Assembly (NCBI GenBank): GCA_945900775.1 | Contig: CAMDJP010000004.1 | Coordinates: 25,919 to 89,918 of the forward strand | DNA from: Akkermansia muciniphila | Lineage (GTDB): Bacteria > Verrucomicrobiota > Verrucomicrobiia > Limisphaerales > SIAT01 | Length of the DNA stretch: 64,000 nucleotides | Direction of reading: 5' to 3' | Shown here: one piece after another, positions 8,328 through 17,908 of the stretch | How the letters are laid out: each line of letters starts with the position of its first letter | Position numbering within the stretch: the stretch's first letter is position 1 | Notes under the pieces: model-generated | Seen by the model: only the letters and a program-made list of their open reading frames with translations | Database searches by the model: none | What the model was told of the DNA's origin: nothing | Program-made: the position numbers and the translations under genes

Positions 8328-9536
8328 ATGACGGCGATCGAGACACTCAATCGGGGTAGCGGAGGCCAGCCCAGCACAGAGACAGTCATCTCCGTGCGCG
8401 GGTTGGTGAAGGTGTTCAAGGATTTCTGGGGCCGACCCAAGGCGCGCGCGGTGGACAACGTGTCGTTCGACGTCCGCCGCGGCGAGATCTTCGGTCTGCT
8501 TGGGCCAAACGGCTCGGGCAAGTCCACGACCATTAAGATGCTGCTCGGTTTGTTGCATCCGACGAAGGGGCATATCGAGGTGTTCGGCAAGTCGCCGCGC
8601 GACGTGGCCACCAAGTCGCGTATCGGTTATCTGCCCGAGGAATCCTACCTCTACCGCTACTTGAACTGCCACGAGACGCTCGATTTCTTCGGCAACCTCT
8701 TCCAACTCCCCGACGGCGAACGGCAGAAGCGCGCCGAGCAGTTGCTCGAGATGGTCGGCCTGAACCAGACCCGCACCCGTGTGGTGGGTGAGTTTTCCAA
8801 GGGCATGCAGCGACGCATCGGTCTCGCGCAGGCGCTCATCAACGACCCCGACCTCGTCATCCTCGATGAACCGACCGCCGGCCTCGACCCGATTGGCTGC
8901 CGCGAGGTGAAGGACCTGATTCTCGCTCTGGCGCAGCGCGGCAAGACGGTGATTCTCTCCAGTCATTTGCTGGCGGACGTGGAGGACCTCTGCGATCGCG
9001 TGGTGATTTACTACGGGGGCAAGATTCAGGCGGACGGCACGCTCAAGGAATTGCTTACCGAGCGCGACTCGATGCGCATCACAACGCCGCCACTGTCGCA
9101 GGAGACGATGCAGCGGGTGCTGGAGGTGATCCGCAAGGACGTGGCCGAGGATAAGATTCACGTGGACAACCCGACGCAGAACCTCGAGAGCTACTTCCTC
9201 GGTGTGGTCCAGCGGGCGCGCGCCGCCGGCGAGACCTCGGGTGCTACTTCAGGGCACCATGTCGCGGCGTACCTGCAGAGTGGCGGTGAAGGTAAGAGTC
9301 CGAGTCAGGCGGACAAGATGCTCGAGCGTCTAGCCGCTCCGCAGGCGGTCGCCACGCCAACGATTTCGAACCAAACCGCTCCCGCCGCACCGGCCGTGGA
9401 TGCCACCAAACTGGCTGCGCTCACGCAGTCGCAGCCGCCGCTGCAGTCCGTCCCTACGTCCACAACCGAGCTGAAAATCGATTTGAGCAAGGCGAACGAG
9501 AAGCTCTCCGGCATGCTGGGCGGCGACAAGAAGTAA
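8328..9536 (+). CDS. ABC transporter ATP-binding protein with a low-complexity C-terminal tail
   Basis: Walker A GPNGSGKST, Q-loop, signature FSKGMQRR, Walker B LVILDEPTAGLD and H-loop SSHLL. The last ~110 aa are Ala/Pro/Thr/Gln-rich. Confidence 0.9.
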   Translation: MTAIETLNRGSGGQPSTETVISVRGLVKVFKDFWGRPKARAVDNVSFDVRRGEIFGLLGPNGSGKSTTIKMLLGLLHPTKGHIEVFGKSPRDVATKSRIGYLPEESYLYRYLNCHETLDFFGNLFQLPDGERQKRAEQLLEMVGLNQTRTRVVGEFSKGMQRRIGLAQALINDPDLVILDEPTAGLDPIGCREVKDLILALAQRGKTVILSSHLLADVEDLCDRVVIYYGGKIQADGTLKELLTERDSMRITTPPLSQETMQRVLEVIRKDVAEDKIHVDNPTQNLESYFLGVVQRARAAGETSGATSGHHVAAYLQSGGEGKSPSQADKMLERLAAPQAVATPTISNQTAPAAPAVDATKLAALTQSQPPLQSVPTSTTELKIDLSKANEKLSGMLGGDKK

Positions 9537-9568
9537 ACGTGTTTCTGGGCTGAACTGATTCTCCCGCG

Positions 9569-10984
9569 ATGCAACAGACTTGGGCCATCATCTCCTTGAC
9601 ATGGAAGGCGGCACTGCGCTTCCGCCTCATCTGGGTGCTGGCCGTTCTGCTGGTGCTCTGCGTCGTGGGGTTGCCGCTCATCATCAAGGATGACGGCACC
9701 GCGCGCGGTCTCACGCAGATCCTGATGACCTACACGCTCAGCGCCATCACAGCTATCCTAGGCTTGGCGACGATTTGGCTCTCGTGCGGCACGCTCGCGC
9801 GCGACGTGGAAGAGTGCCAGATGCAGATGGTCGCTACGAAGCCGATTCATCGCTGGCAGATCTGGCTGGGGAAATGGCTCGGCATCATGGGATTGAACGC
9901 TGCGCTGCTCGCGCTGGCCGGCGGCACAGTGTACGGGATGGTGTTGTTTCGCTCGTCAAAGCTTTCGGAGAAACAGCGCGAGATTCTGTATCGAGAAGTG
10001 CTCATCGGGCGCGCCTCGGTGAAAGAGGCCGTCCGTGACTTAGAGCCACAGGTTGAGGAGGTCTTTCAAAAAGAGGCGCCGCAGCGGCTTACCGCCGATG
10101 AGATGCAGGACAAGAAATTGATTGAAGGGTTTAAGGCTCAAATCCGCGAGGCTTACAAAGCGCGTGAGCAGATTATCCGTCCCGGCTACATGCGCGAGTG
10201 GAAGCTTAACGTCCCGGCAGCGCAGGGTTTCGCGACGAACCACATTGTCGTATTGCGGGTGAAGTTCATGTCTGCGAGCGGTGGATCCCAGTCGTATCCG
10301 ACCATCTGGGAGGTGGGCAAGCCGGAGTCGCCGAATCAGGTGCGCGCCACCAAGATGCTGACCACGGACACGTTTCACGAGTTTCCCATCCCAGCCAATA
10401 CCTTCGAGAAGGACGGCACGCTTACGGTACGTCTTACCAATCCGTCTCAAAACAACGTGCCGCTGCTCGCGCCGCTGGAGGAGGGGTTGGAGGTGCTTTA
10501 TCGCGAGTCGAGTTTCATTCTAAATTTCGTGCGGGGGCTGGCCATCATCTTCTGTTGGTTCGGCCTGCTGGCCGCGCTGGGTTTGACGGCGGCGAGCTTT
10601 ATGTCGTTCTCGATGGCGGCCTTTGCCTGCATCGGGTTGCTGATAGTGGTGATGTCCGGCGGCATCCTTAAGGAAGTGATAAAAGATCGCACACTCTTCG
10701 GCCGTGGCGGGCACGAAGAAGCGCAGACCGAGGTGGTTTGGACGAAGGTGAAGGAGGGTGTTGATGTGGTTATGATCGGGGTGTACGGGGTGCTGCTCGG
10801 GGTTATCCAAGCCGTGGAAGATTATTCGCCGATCGAATCGCTCAGTTCGGGACGAAGCATCACGTGGGGGCAACTGGCGAAGGCGTACGGACTGATGTGG
10901 TTGCTCTTCGGCGGAGTTTGCAGCACGGTCGGCATCATCACCTTCACCCGACGCGAACTGGCGACCGCTCAGTCAAAGGTATGA
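9569..10984 (+). CDS. ABC-2-like membrane permease with a large extracytoplasmic loop
   Basis: 471 aa. N-terminal TMs; the motif ECQMQMVATKPIHRWQIWLGKWLG parallels the one in the 954-1955 permease. A ~200-aa hydrophilic loop is followed by C-terminal TMs. Confidence 0.6.
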   Translation: MQQTWAIISLTWKAALRFRLIWVLAVLLVLCVVGLPLIIKDDGTARGLTQILMTYTLSAITAILGLATIWLSCGTLARDVEECQMQMVATKPIHRWQIWLGKWLGIMGLNAALLALAGGTVYGMVLFRSSKLSEKQREILYREVLIGRASVKEAVRDLEPQVEEVFQKEAPQRLTADEMQDKKLIEGFKAQIREAYKAREQIIRPGYMREWKLNVPAAQGFATNHIVVLRVKFMSASGGSQSYPTIWEVGKPESPNQVRATKMLTTDTFHEFPIPANTFEKDGTLTVRLTNPSQNNVPLLAPLEEGLEVLYRESSFILNFVRGLAIIFCWFGLLAALGLTAASFMSFSMAAFACIGLLIVVMSGGILKEVIKDRTLFGRGGHEEAQTEVVWTKVKEGVDVVMIGVYGVLLGVIQAVEDYSPIESLSSGRSITWGQLAKAYGLMWLLFGGVCSTVGIITFTRRELATAQSKV

Positions 10985-12504
10985 TGTCCAATCGCAAGCC
11001 CATCTTCCTGCTGCTGGCCATGGTTCTACTGGTCGGTGTTTTCTTCTCGCAGCAGAATCTCAATCGCCAGCGCGAGGAGCTGAAACTCACCTATCGTGCG
11101 GAGATGCTCGAGAATGCGCCGCCGTTCCTCGCCTTCACCACGGCGGCACTGGGTGGCTTCCGCGGTCTTATCTCCAGTTATCTCTGGCTGCGGATGAACG
11201 AGCTGCAACTGAACGAGAAATATTTCGAGATGGTCCAGCTCGCCGACTGGATCACGAAGATGCAGCCGCGGATGCCTATGGTCTGGGTGCACCAGGCGTG
11301 GAACATGGGTTACAACGTCTCGGTAAAGTTCCCTGACCATGCCGACCGCTGGCTTTGGGTGCAGCGTGGTATCACGCTGTTGCGTGACGAAGGGCTCAAA
11401 TACAACCCTGAGGAGCCGCTCATCTATCACGAGTTGGCGTGGCATTTTCAACACAAGATGGGCGCCAATCTCGATAATGCCCACAACTACTACAAAATGA
11501 AGTGGGGCGAGGAGATGACTCCAATTTTTGGCGACCGACCGGATTTCGATGCCCTGATCAATCCGCAGACCGATGAGCAGAAGGCGCGCGCCAAGCTACT
11601 TCGTGAGAAGTACAAGATGGATCCTTCTGTGATGAAGCGTGTGGACCAAGTCTACGGTCCGCTCGAATGGCGATTACCCGAGACTCAGTCGATTTATTGG
11701 GGCTGGCTGGGACTGGAAAAGACGAAGGACAACGTTGCGCGGCGTGCCCTATTCATGAAACTACGGCGCGTCGTCTATCAGTCAATGCAGCTCGCCTTCC
11801 AACGCGGGCGTCTGGTGGAAAATAAGTATGACAGGGTTTATGAGACCGCGCCGAATCTCGATATTGTCGACAAGGTGAACCAAGCCTACGTTGATCAACG
11901 GACCGAAGCTGAGCAGATTGATAAGGAGAATATTGCCAATGCCCACCGCAATTTTCTCAAGAACGCCATCACCCAACTCTACTTGCACAACCGAGAAAAA
12001 GAGGCGGTGAAGTGGCTGCGTTATTACGCGACTGAGTATCCTGATTTTCTCCGGCAGACCGAGCCCTCCGTCGTTGCCGGGGGCGTGAACTTCGACAAGT
12101 TCGTGCTTATGCGTGTGCAGGAACAGATTGGCACCGGCGGCCGAGACAAGACCGTGAGTGCCATCGAGGGTATGATTACCCGCCATTTTCAGGACTTAGC
12201 TATCGGGGAGGAGGATCGTGCGGTGGGGCTCGAGCGGATGGCTCGCCGGATTTATCAGCACTATCAGGAACGCTCCGCCGGCGCCGAGAAGGGGCGCGTG
12301 GACCTTCCGCCGTACGACCGGATGAAAGGCGTGGTTCTGGAGCGAATCCTCCAGCGAGGCAGCCCAGAACTGAGGGTCCGTTTGGTCAGCGTCTTGGGAT
12401 TGTCGCCGTCGGTTCTCACCAACCGCTTGCAGGTTCTCCCGCAGACCAACGCCCCGTCGGCGAATCTGCCCCCCACCAAGGCCGTCGCGCCGGCGAAGAA
12501 GTGA
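10981..12504 (+). CDS. Membrane-anchored protein of unknown function
   Basis: ATG at 10981 overlaps the upstream stop (ATGA). N-terminal anchor MMSNRKPIFLLLAMVLLVGVFF, then a ~480-aa hydrophilic Trp/Tyr-rich domain. I recognise no family. Confidence 0.6.
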   Translation: MMSNRKPIFLLLAMVLLVGVFFSQQNLNRQREELKLTYRAEMLENAPPFLAFTTAALGGFRGLISSYLWLRMNELQLNEKYFEMVQLADWITKMQPRMPMVWVHQAWNMGYNVSVKFPDHADRWLWVQRGITLLRDEGLKYNPEEPLIYHELAWHFQHKMGANLDNAHNYYKMKWGEEMTPIFGDRPDFDALINPQTDEQKARAKLLREKYKMDPSVMKRVDQVYGPLEWRLPETQSIYWGWLGLEKTKDNVARRALFMKLRRVVYQSMQLAFQRGRLVENKYDRVYETAPNLDIVDKVNQAYVDQRTEAEQIDKENIANAHRNFLKNAITQLYLHNREKEAVKWLRYYATEYPDFLRQTEPSVVAGGVNFDKFVLMRVQEQIGTGGRDKTVSAIEGMITRHFQDLAIGEEDRAVGLERMARRIYQHYQERSAGAEKGRVDLPPYDRMKGVVLERILQRGSPELRVRLVSVLGLSPSVLTNRLQVLPQTNAPSANLPPTKAVAPAKK

Positions 12505-12534
12505 GCGAGGGTGGCCGGTCGCTTTTCGCCGCCG

Positions 12535-14340
12535 TCACTTCTTCTTGAAGTAGAGCTCCTCAGCATTCCACGAGATGCGATAGCTGCTGAGCACCGTCGG
12601 GCGCACATTGCCGAGGTCACTGCGAACGGCCGAGTAGACAATTGGGGCGACGGTGTAGATCATCGGCTGCTGCTCGGCGAGAATCGCTTGGACCTCGTCG
12701 AAGAGTTTCTTGCGCTTCGGGAAGTCGAGCTCCTTCACTTGGGCGTTCATCAGGAAGTCGATGCGCGCCTCCCAGTCGGTCGCGGGTGTTTTCTGCCGTG
12801 GGAACCACTGGTGGGTGAAGCCTTCGCTCTTGAGCACGTTCATACTCGAGGCCGGGTCGGTGCCGCCGCCGCCGAGCCCGAGCAGGATGCAGTCGTAGTC
12901 GTAGGTGTTGTTGATTTTGGCGACGAGTGTGTTGAACTCGATTGGTTGGAACACCAGCTTCACGCCTAGCTTCTTCAGGTCGTCCTGGATGAGTACCGCC
13001 GTCCGCTCGCGCACGCTGTTACCGGTGTTCGTATTCAGTACAAACTCAATCACTTTGCCGCTCGCGTCCTCCAGCAGGTCGTCGCCGTTGCGGTCCTCGA
13101 TGCCGATTTCCTTCAGTAGCGCCCGCGCGCGAGAAAGGTCGAAGGGATATTTCGACACTTCGGGGTTGTTCCACTTCTTGTTCTCGAGCGAGACGAAGCC
13201 GTAGTTTGGAAAGGCGCGCCCCGCGTAGATGGCCTTCACGATGCTGGGCCGATCGATCGCGTGGCTGATCGCCTGCCGGAACTTCGCGTTGCGGAACCAG
13301 TTCAGCTTGTGCGCCGCGACGATCGGCTGGCCGCCCTTGGCCTGCTGGTTCGTGTTCTGGTTGAACCAGAGGAAGCCACGCTCCAGCCCCAGCCCCAGTT
13401 CCGTCAGGTTGAACTTGCCCTTGTCCGCCTCCGTCCTGAATCGCTCGTACTCGTCCGGTCGCACATTCTCGTGCATGTCCGCCTCGCCCTTGAGGAAGCG
13501 CAGGCTCATCGCGTTCATGTCCGGCAGCACCGTGTAGATTACGGTGTCGAGGTATGGCAGGCGCTGACCCTTGGTGTCCACGGCGAAATAGTTCGGGTTC
13601 CGCTCCAGCAACGTGAATTCTCCGGGCTTGAACTGCTTCAGCTTGAACGGCCCGCACCCCACCAGCTCCTGCGGCTTCGTGTTGATTCCGTAGGCGGAGG
13701 GGAACCGCTTCTCCTTCACTGCCGGTTCCAGCACGTGTTTGGGGATGATCGCCACGCTGCCGAAATACTCGATGAACGGCGCGTACGGCGCCGGCGTCAC
13801 CACCTTCACCGTGAAATCGTCCAGCTTCGTCACCTCGAAGTTCTTCCCGTCGATCTTGAAGAGGTCCGCCGTCACGTTGTCGATCTCTGGATTATAAATC
13901 ACCTCCCACGTGAAGACGACGTCCGCCGCCGTCAGCGGCTTGCCATCGCTCCAGACCACCCCTTTGCGCAGCGTGAAGGTCCACGTCTGCTGGTCCGGCT
14001 CGACCTTCCAAGACTCCGCGAGGCCCGGGCCGACCGTCTGCGTCGGCGTGTCCACGCTCACCAGCCCGCTGAAGATGAGGCGGATGATGTCCGTCGAGCT
14101 CGACTCGTTCTCAGTGATCGGGTTGAACGTCTTCGGATCGCCAAAGGTCGCAATAACCAGCCGCCCGCCCGGTGTCCCCGGCTCGCATTTCGATACCAAC
14201 GGCTTTTCGGGCAAAGGCGCGGCGGCAGCCTTGGGCGCGCCCGCATTGGGAGATTCCTTCTTGCCACAGGCCGTCAGGCAGAGCAACGAGGCGAGGCAGA
14301 CGAGGGGGAGGTTCGAAACAGTGGAGCGCAGTGTCTTCAT
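12535..14340 (-). CDS. ABC transporter substrate-binding lipoprotein, family 5 (peptide/nickel type)
   Basis: 601 aa. Lipobox LTAC in MKTLRSTVSNLPLVCLASLLCLTACGKK. Overall OppA/DppA-like sequence (GGRLVIATFGDPKTFNP, WSDGKPLTA.DVVFT). No cognate permease genes are adjacent. Confidence 0.85.
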   Translation of the reverse strand: MKTLRSTVSNLPLVCLASLLCLTACGKKESPNAGAPKAAAAPLPEKPLVSKCEPGTPGGRLVIATFGDPKTFNPITENESSSTDIIRLIFSGLVSVDTPTQTVGPGLAESWKVEPDQQTWTFTLRKGVVWSDGKPLTAADVVFTWEVIYNPEIDNVTADLFKIDGKNFEVTKLDDFTVKVVTPAPYAPFIEYFGSVAIIPKHVLEPAVKEKRFPSAYGINTKPQELVGCGPFKLKQFKPGEFTLLERNPNYFAVDTKGQRLPYLDTVIYTVLPDMNAMSLRFLKGEADMHENVRPDEYERFRTEADKGKFNLTELGLGLERGFLWFNQNTNQQAKGGQPIVAAHKLNWFRNAKFRQAISHAIDRPSIVKAIYAGRAFPNYGFVSLENKKWNNPEVSKYPFDLSRARALLKEIGIEDRNGDDLLEDASGKVIEFVLNTNTGNSVRERTAVLIQDDLKKLGVKLVFQPIEFNTLVAKINNTYDYDCILLGLGGGGTDPASSMNVLKSEGFTHQWFPRQKTPATDWEARIDFLMNAQVKELDFPKRKKLFDEVQAILAEQQPMIYTVAPIVYSAVRSDLGNVRPTVLSSYRISWNAEELYFKKK

Positions 14341-14639
14341 AATAATCGGAAGCGGCCCGACGTTAGCGACAAACGCCCGAGGCGCAAAACAAAAAGAAGC
14401 CTCGCGGGAGCCGTGAGTCTGCCGATTTCACCTCCGGCACGCGGTTGAGAACCGAAGGTACGGGGATTTGTATCGTCGGCACAAAAAGTGGGCCGCCAAA
14501 AAACGGCGTTTTGGTATCTGGCCCCGTCTTCTTAATTAAGTTGAGGGCAAGATGCGGTTGCGGCCTTGTCAGGGGTGCGCCAATGCCGTTATCGTCTCCT
14601 CCCCTGAATGGGAACGGTGAACCTTGAAACCCTGAAACG

Positions 14640-15986
14640 ATGAGCATCCGCGTCCGATTCGCCCCCAGCCCGACGGGCTACCTCCACATCGGCGGCGCCC
14701 GCACGGCGCTGTTCAACTGGCTTTACGCCCGCCACACCGGCGGCACGTTCATCCTGCGCATCGAAGATACCGACGAGGCGCGCAATTCGCAGGAGGCGGT
14801 GGACGTGATTCTCAGCGGCCTCCGCTGGATGGGTCTGGACTGGGATGAGGGCCCGCAGACCGGCGCGGCCAACGGGCCGAGCAAGGGCGAGCGCGGTCCG
14901 TATTTCCAGAGCCAGCGAAAGGCTATCTACCAGAAGCGTGTGCAGGAGTTGAAGGAGAAGGGGCTCGCGTACGATCACGAGGGGGCGGTGAAGTTTCGTA
15001 TGCAGCGCGAGCCAGTGGTGATTCCTGACCTCGTCGTCGGCAACGTCACCCGCGAGTTGACGGACCGGGAGAAGATGGATCCGGACTTCGTAATCGTGAG
15101 GTCGGACGGCCAGCCGGTGTTCCACTTGGTGAACGTGATTGATGATCTTGAAATGGCCATTACACACGTGATCCGCGGCGAGGATCATCTCTCGAACACA
15201 GCCAAGCATATCGCACTCTTCAAGGCGTTCGGCGTGGCGCCGCCCAACTACGCGCATATCCCGCTGATTCTGAACAAGGACGGTTCGAAGATGAGCAAGC
15301 GCGACACTGGCGCGAGCTTGACGGGCTATATCGAGGAGGGCTACGCGCCCGAGGCGGTGGTGAACTACCTGAGCCTCCTCGGCTGGTCGCCCAAAGGCAA
15401 CCGCGAGGTGGTGCCGCTCAAGGAAGTCATTGAGCTGTTCGACCTGCCGCAGGTCCTGCGGCACAACGCGCGGTTCGATTTGGACAAGCTGCACTGGATT
15501 AATGGCGAATATATCAAGGGGATGGATGCGCCGCGCTTCGGCCAACTCGCACAGGAGGCACTCGTCGCAGCCGGCGTGAGCACCGCAGGCTGTGATGCCG
15601 CGTACGTGGCCGCCGCCTTCGCCACGGCCAAAGAGAAAGTGAAGCAGTTCCGTGAGATTCCGGCCTTCACAGACTTCTATTTCAAGGATGCGATCGTGCC
15701 TGACGCCGAGGCCGCCGCGAAATCGTTCGTACCGGAGAACAAGCCGCGCGTGGAGAAGCTGCGCGCGGCTTTCGCGCAGATTGCCGCGTTCGATGCCGTG
15801 TCGCTCGAGCAGACTCTCAAGGCCATCTGTGCCGAGCTGGGCGTGAAGGCGGGCGTGCTCGTCGCGCCGGTGCGCGTGGCCTGCACAGGTCGTTCTGTGG
15901 GCCCGAGCCTTTATCACCTGATGGAAATCTTGGGGAAGGAACGCGTGCTCAAGCGGCTCGACGCCGCGCTGACCAAGATGGACTGA
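14640..15986 (+). CDS. gltX: Glutamate--tRNA ligase
   Basis: Class I signatures: HIGG (PTGYLHIGGARTALFNW) and KMSKR (GSKMSKRD). Typical GltX N-terminus MSIRVRFAPSPTG. Confidence 0.95.
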   Translation: MSIRVRFAPSPTGYLHIGGARTALFNWLYARHTGGTFILRIEDTDEARNSQEAVDVILSGLRWMGLDWDEGPQTGAANGPSKGERGPYFQSQRKAIYQKRVQELKEKGLAYDHEGAVKFRMQREPVVIPDLVVGNVTRELTDREKMDPDFVIVRSDGQPVFHLVNVIDDLEMAITHVIRGEDHLSNTAKHIALFKAFGVAPPNYAHIPLILNKDGSKMSKRDTGASLTGYIEEGYAPEAVVNYLSLLGWSPKGNREVVPLKEVIELFDLPQVLRHNARFDLDKLHWINGEYIKGMDAPRFGQLAQEALVAAGVSTAGCDAAYVAAAFATAKEKVKQFREIPAFTDFYFKDAIVPDAEAAAKSFVPENKPRVEKLRAAFAQIAAFDAVSLEQTLKAICAELGVKAGVLVAPVRVACTGRSVGPSLYHLMEILGKERVLKRLDAALTKMD

Positions 15987-16003
15987 GTCGAGAGCGGGGG
16001 AAG

Positions 16004-16543
16004 ATGCAACAGGACTTCCCCATCAAGCTCGCCTCGCCGCAGACGATGCGGTGGTTTTACGGACTGGCCGCGTTTCTCATTGGGTTTAACCTAGTAGCCG
16101 CGGTGCTCGCCGTGTCTCTGTCCATCCCGTGGCTGTGGGCTGCTCCCGTCATCCTCCTGCTGGTCTTGTGGTTGCTGCTTATCCATTTCGCCCGCGCCGC
16201 ATTGCTTTCTGCGGTCATCGAGCTAGGGAAGGATTCATTTCGTATTCGCGGCGATCTCTTCAGCCGTCGCGTCCCGTTGTGTGAACTAATCGTGGCCGAG
16301 ACGCGCGTGGTGGACTTCGTCGCCGAGCCTGTGTTAAAGCCGAAGTGGAAGCTTTGGGGCATCGCGTTGCCAGGGCATCAGGCCGGATTCTTCAGCCTGC
16401 ACAACGGCCAGCGCGCCTATGTTTTCCTGAACGACACCGCCGGCGTTGTCTTCTTGCGGACGTGCGCGGGACGCACCATCTTGCTGACGCCATCCGAGCC
16501 CGAGGCTTTCGTGGCCGCGCTGAAGTCACGGATTGTCTCTTAG
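16004..16543 (+). CDS. Membrane protein with a bacterial PH-like C-terminal domain (hypothetical)
   Basis: 179 aa. Two N-terminal TM helices, then a small soluble domain. Assignment is weak and based on architecture only. Confidence 0.5.
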   Translation: MQQDFPIKLASPQTMRWFYGLAAFLIGFNLVAAVLAVSLSIPWLWAAPVILLLVLWLLLIHFARAALLSAVIELGKDSFRIRGDLFSRRVPLCELIVAETRVVDFVAEPVLKPKWKLWGIALPGHQAGFFSLHNGQRAYVFLNDTAGVVFLRTCAGRTILLTPSEPEAFVAALKSRIVS

Positions 16544-16549
16544 ACACAC

Positions 16550-17869
16550 GTGAGCGATTCAAAGACATTTTCCAATCCCCCGACCTTTCGCGAGGCGGCC
16601 CGTTTCTGGCTCAAGCTCGGGTTCATCAGCTTCGGCGGGCCGACGGGCCAGATTGCCATCATGCACGAGGAAATCGTGGAGCGGCGGAAATGGGTCGACG
16701 AAGGCCGCTTCTTGCACGCGCTGAACTTTTGCATGCTGTTGCCGGGGCCGGAGGCTCAGCAACTCGCGATTTATCTAGGCTGGATTTTACACGGCACGTG
16801 GGGCGGCATCGTGGCCGGGGTGCTCTTCGTGCTGCCGGCGGCGCTGCTCCTGTGGGGACTCAGCTACGTGTACGTCGCCTACGGAAACCTTGCAGCCATC
16901 GCGGCAGTGTTCGCTGGGTTGAAGCCCGCCGTGTTCGCGCTCGTCGTCGCCGCAGTCCTGCGAATTGGCCAGAAAGTGTTGAAGAACGAGGCGATGTGGG
17001 CGGTCGCGCTACTGGCATTTGCTGGCATCTACTTCTTGAAGCTGCCGTTTCCAATCCTCATCGGTATCGCGGCGCTGGTCGGCTGGATTGGCGGCAAGAT
17101 TGCGCCGAAACAGTTCGTCGTCATCAAAAGCCATGGCAAGAAAGAGCAGGGGAGCGAAGCCGTGATCCCCGAGGCGGCGTATCACCGCGTCGAGCCGACG
17201 ATGTCGCGCGCGGTGAAGATCACCCTACTCTGCTTTGCGCTCTGGTGGGTGCCGGTGGCGCTGCTCGGACTCTGGCTCGGCTGGCAACACACGCTGGTGA
17301 GCGAAGGCCTCTTCTTCAGCAAGGCGGCGATGGTAACGTTCGGCGGCGCGTACGCGGTGCTCCCCTACGTCGCGCAGCAGGCGGTGGAGAACCACCACTG
17401 GCTCAGCGGTCCGCAGATGCTCGACGGCCTCGGCCTCGCAGAGTCGACGCCCGGGCCGCTCATCATGGTGCTGCAGTTCGTCGGTTTCCTCGGCGGCTGG
17501 AACCAGCCCGGCAACCTCTCGCCGCTGCTTGCGGCCACGCTCGGCGCGGCCATTACGACTTGGACGACCTTTGTGCCGTGCTTCCTCTGGATCTTTCTCG
17601 GTGCGCCTTACATCGAGCGCTTGCGCGAAAACGCACGGCTCGCCGCCGCGCTCTCGGCGGTGACAGCGGCGGTGGTGGGCGTGGTGCTGAACCTCGCGCT
17701 CTGGTTCGGCCTGCAGGTGCTCTTCCCGCAGCGCTGGGAACCGGATTGGTTCGCCGTGGTGGTCGCGTCCATTGCCTTCGCAGGCCTCGTCCGGTTCAAG
17801 TGGAACGTCGTCGCCGTCGTACTCGGCGCCGGTGGCCTTGGCCTGATCCACAAACTGCTGGTCAGCTAA
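16550..17869 (+). CDS. chrA: Chromate transporter (CHR family, two-domain)
   Basis: FISFGGPTGQIAIMHEEIVERRKWVDEGRFLHALNFCMLLPGPEAQQLAIYLGW. A second repeat reads TFGGAYAVLPYVAQQAVENHHWL..ESTPGPLIM. Confidence 0.9.
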   Translation: MSDSKTFSNPPTFREAARFWLKLGFISFGGPTGQIAIMHEEIVERRKWVDEGRFLHALNFCMLLPGPEAQQLAIYLGWILHGTWGGIVAGVLFVLPAALLLWGLSYVYVAYGNLAAIAAVFAGLKPAVFALVVAAVLRIGQKVLKNEAMWAVALLAFAGIYFLKLPFPILIGIAALVGWIGGKIAPKQFVVIKSHGKKEQGSEAVIPEAAYHRVEPTMSRAVKITLLCFALWWVPVALLGLWLGWQHTLVSEGLFFSKAAMVTFGGAYAVLPYVAQQAVENHHWLSGPQMLDGLGLAESTPGPLIMVLQFVGFLGGWNQPGNLSPLLAATLGAAITTWTTFVPCFLWIFLGAPYIERLRENARLAAALSAVTAAVVGVVLNLALWFGLQVLFPQRWEPDWFAVVVASIAFAGLVRFKWNVVAVVLGAGGLGLIHKLLVS

Positions 17870-17908
17870 GCCGGATTCCGCCACATTGCCGCCGCTTCGG
17901 ACAGCTGT

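Noticed and set aside
8142-9161. 339-aa minus-strand ORF antisense to the ABC ATPase gene
   Set aside because: The sense strand carries Walker A/B and the ABC signature. The antisense translation is low-complexity and spans a gene boundary.
13261-14448. 395-aa plus-strand ORF antisense to the solute-binding protein gene
   Set aside because: Extremely Arg/Leu/Glu-rich with no recognisable domain. The minus strand encodes a complete lipoprotein with family-5 SBP features.
14589-15917. 442-aa minus-strand ORF antisense to gltX
   Set aside because: gltX on the + strand has HIGG and KMSKR signatures. The antisense ORF is a GC-skew artefact.
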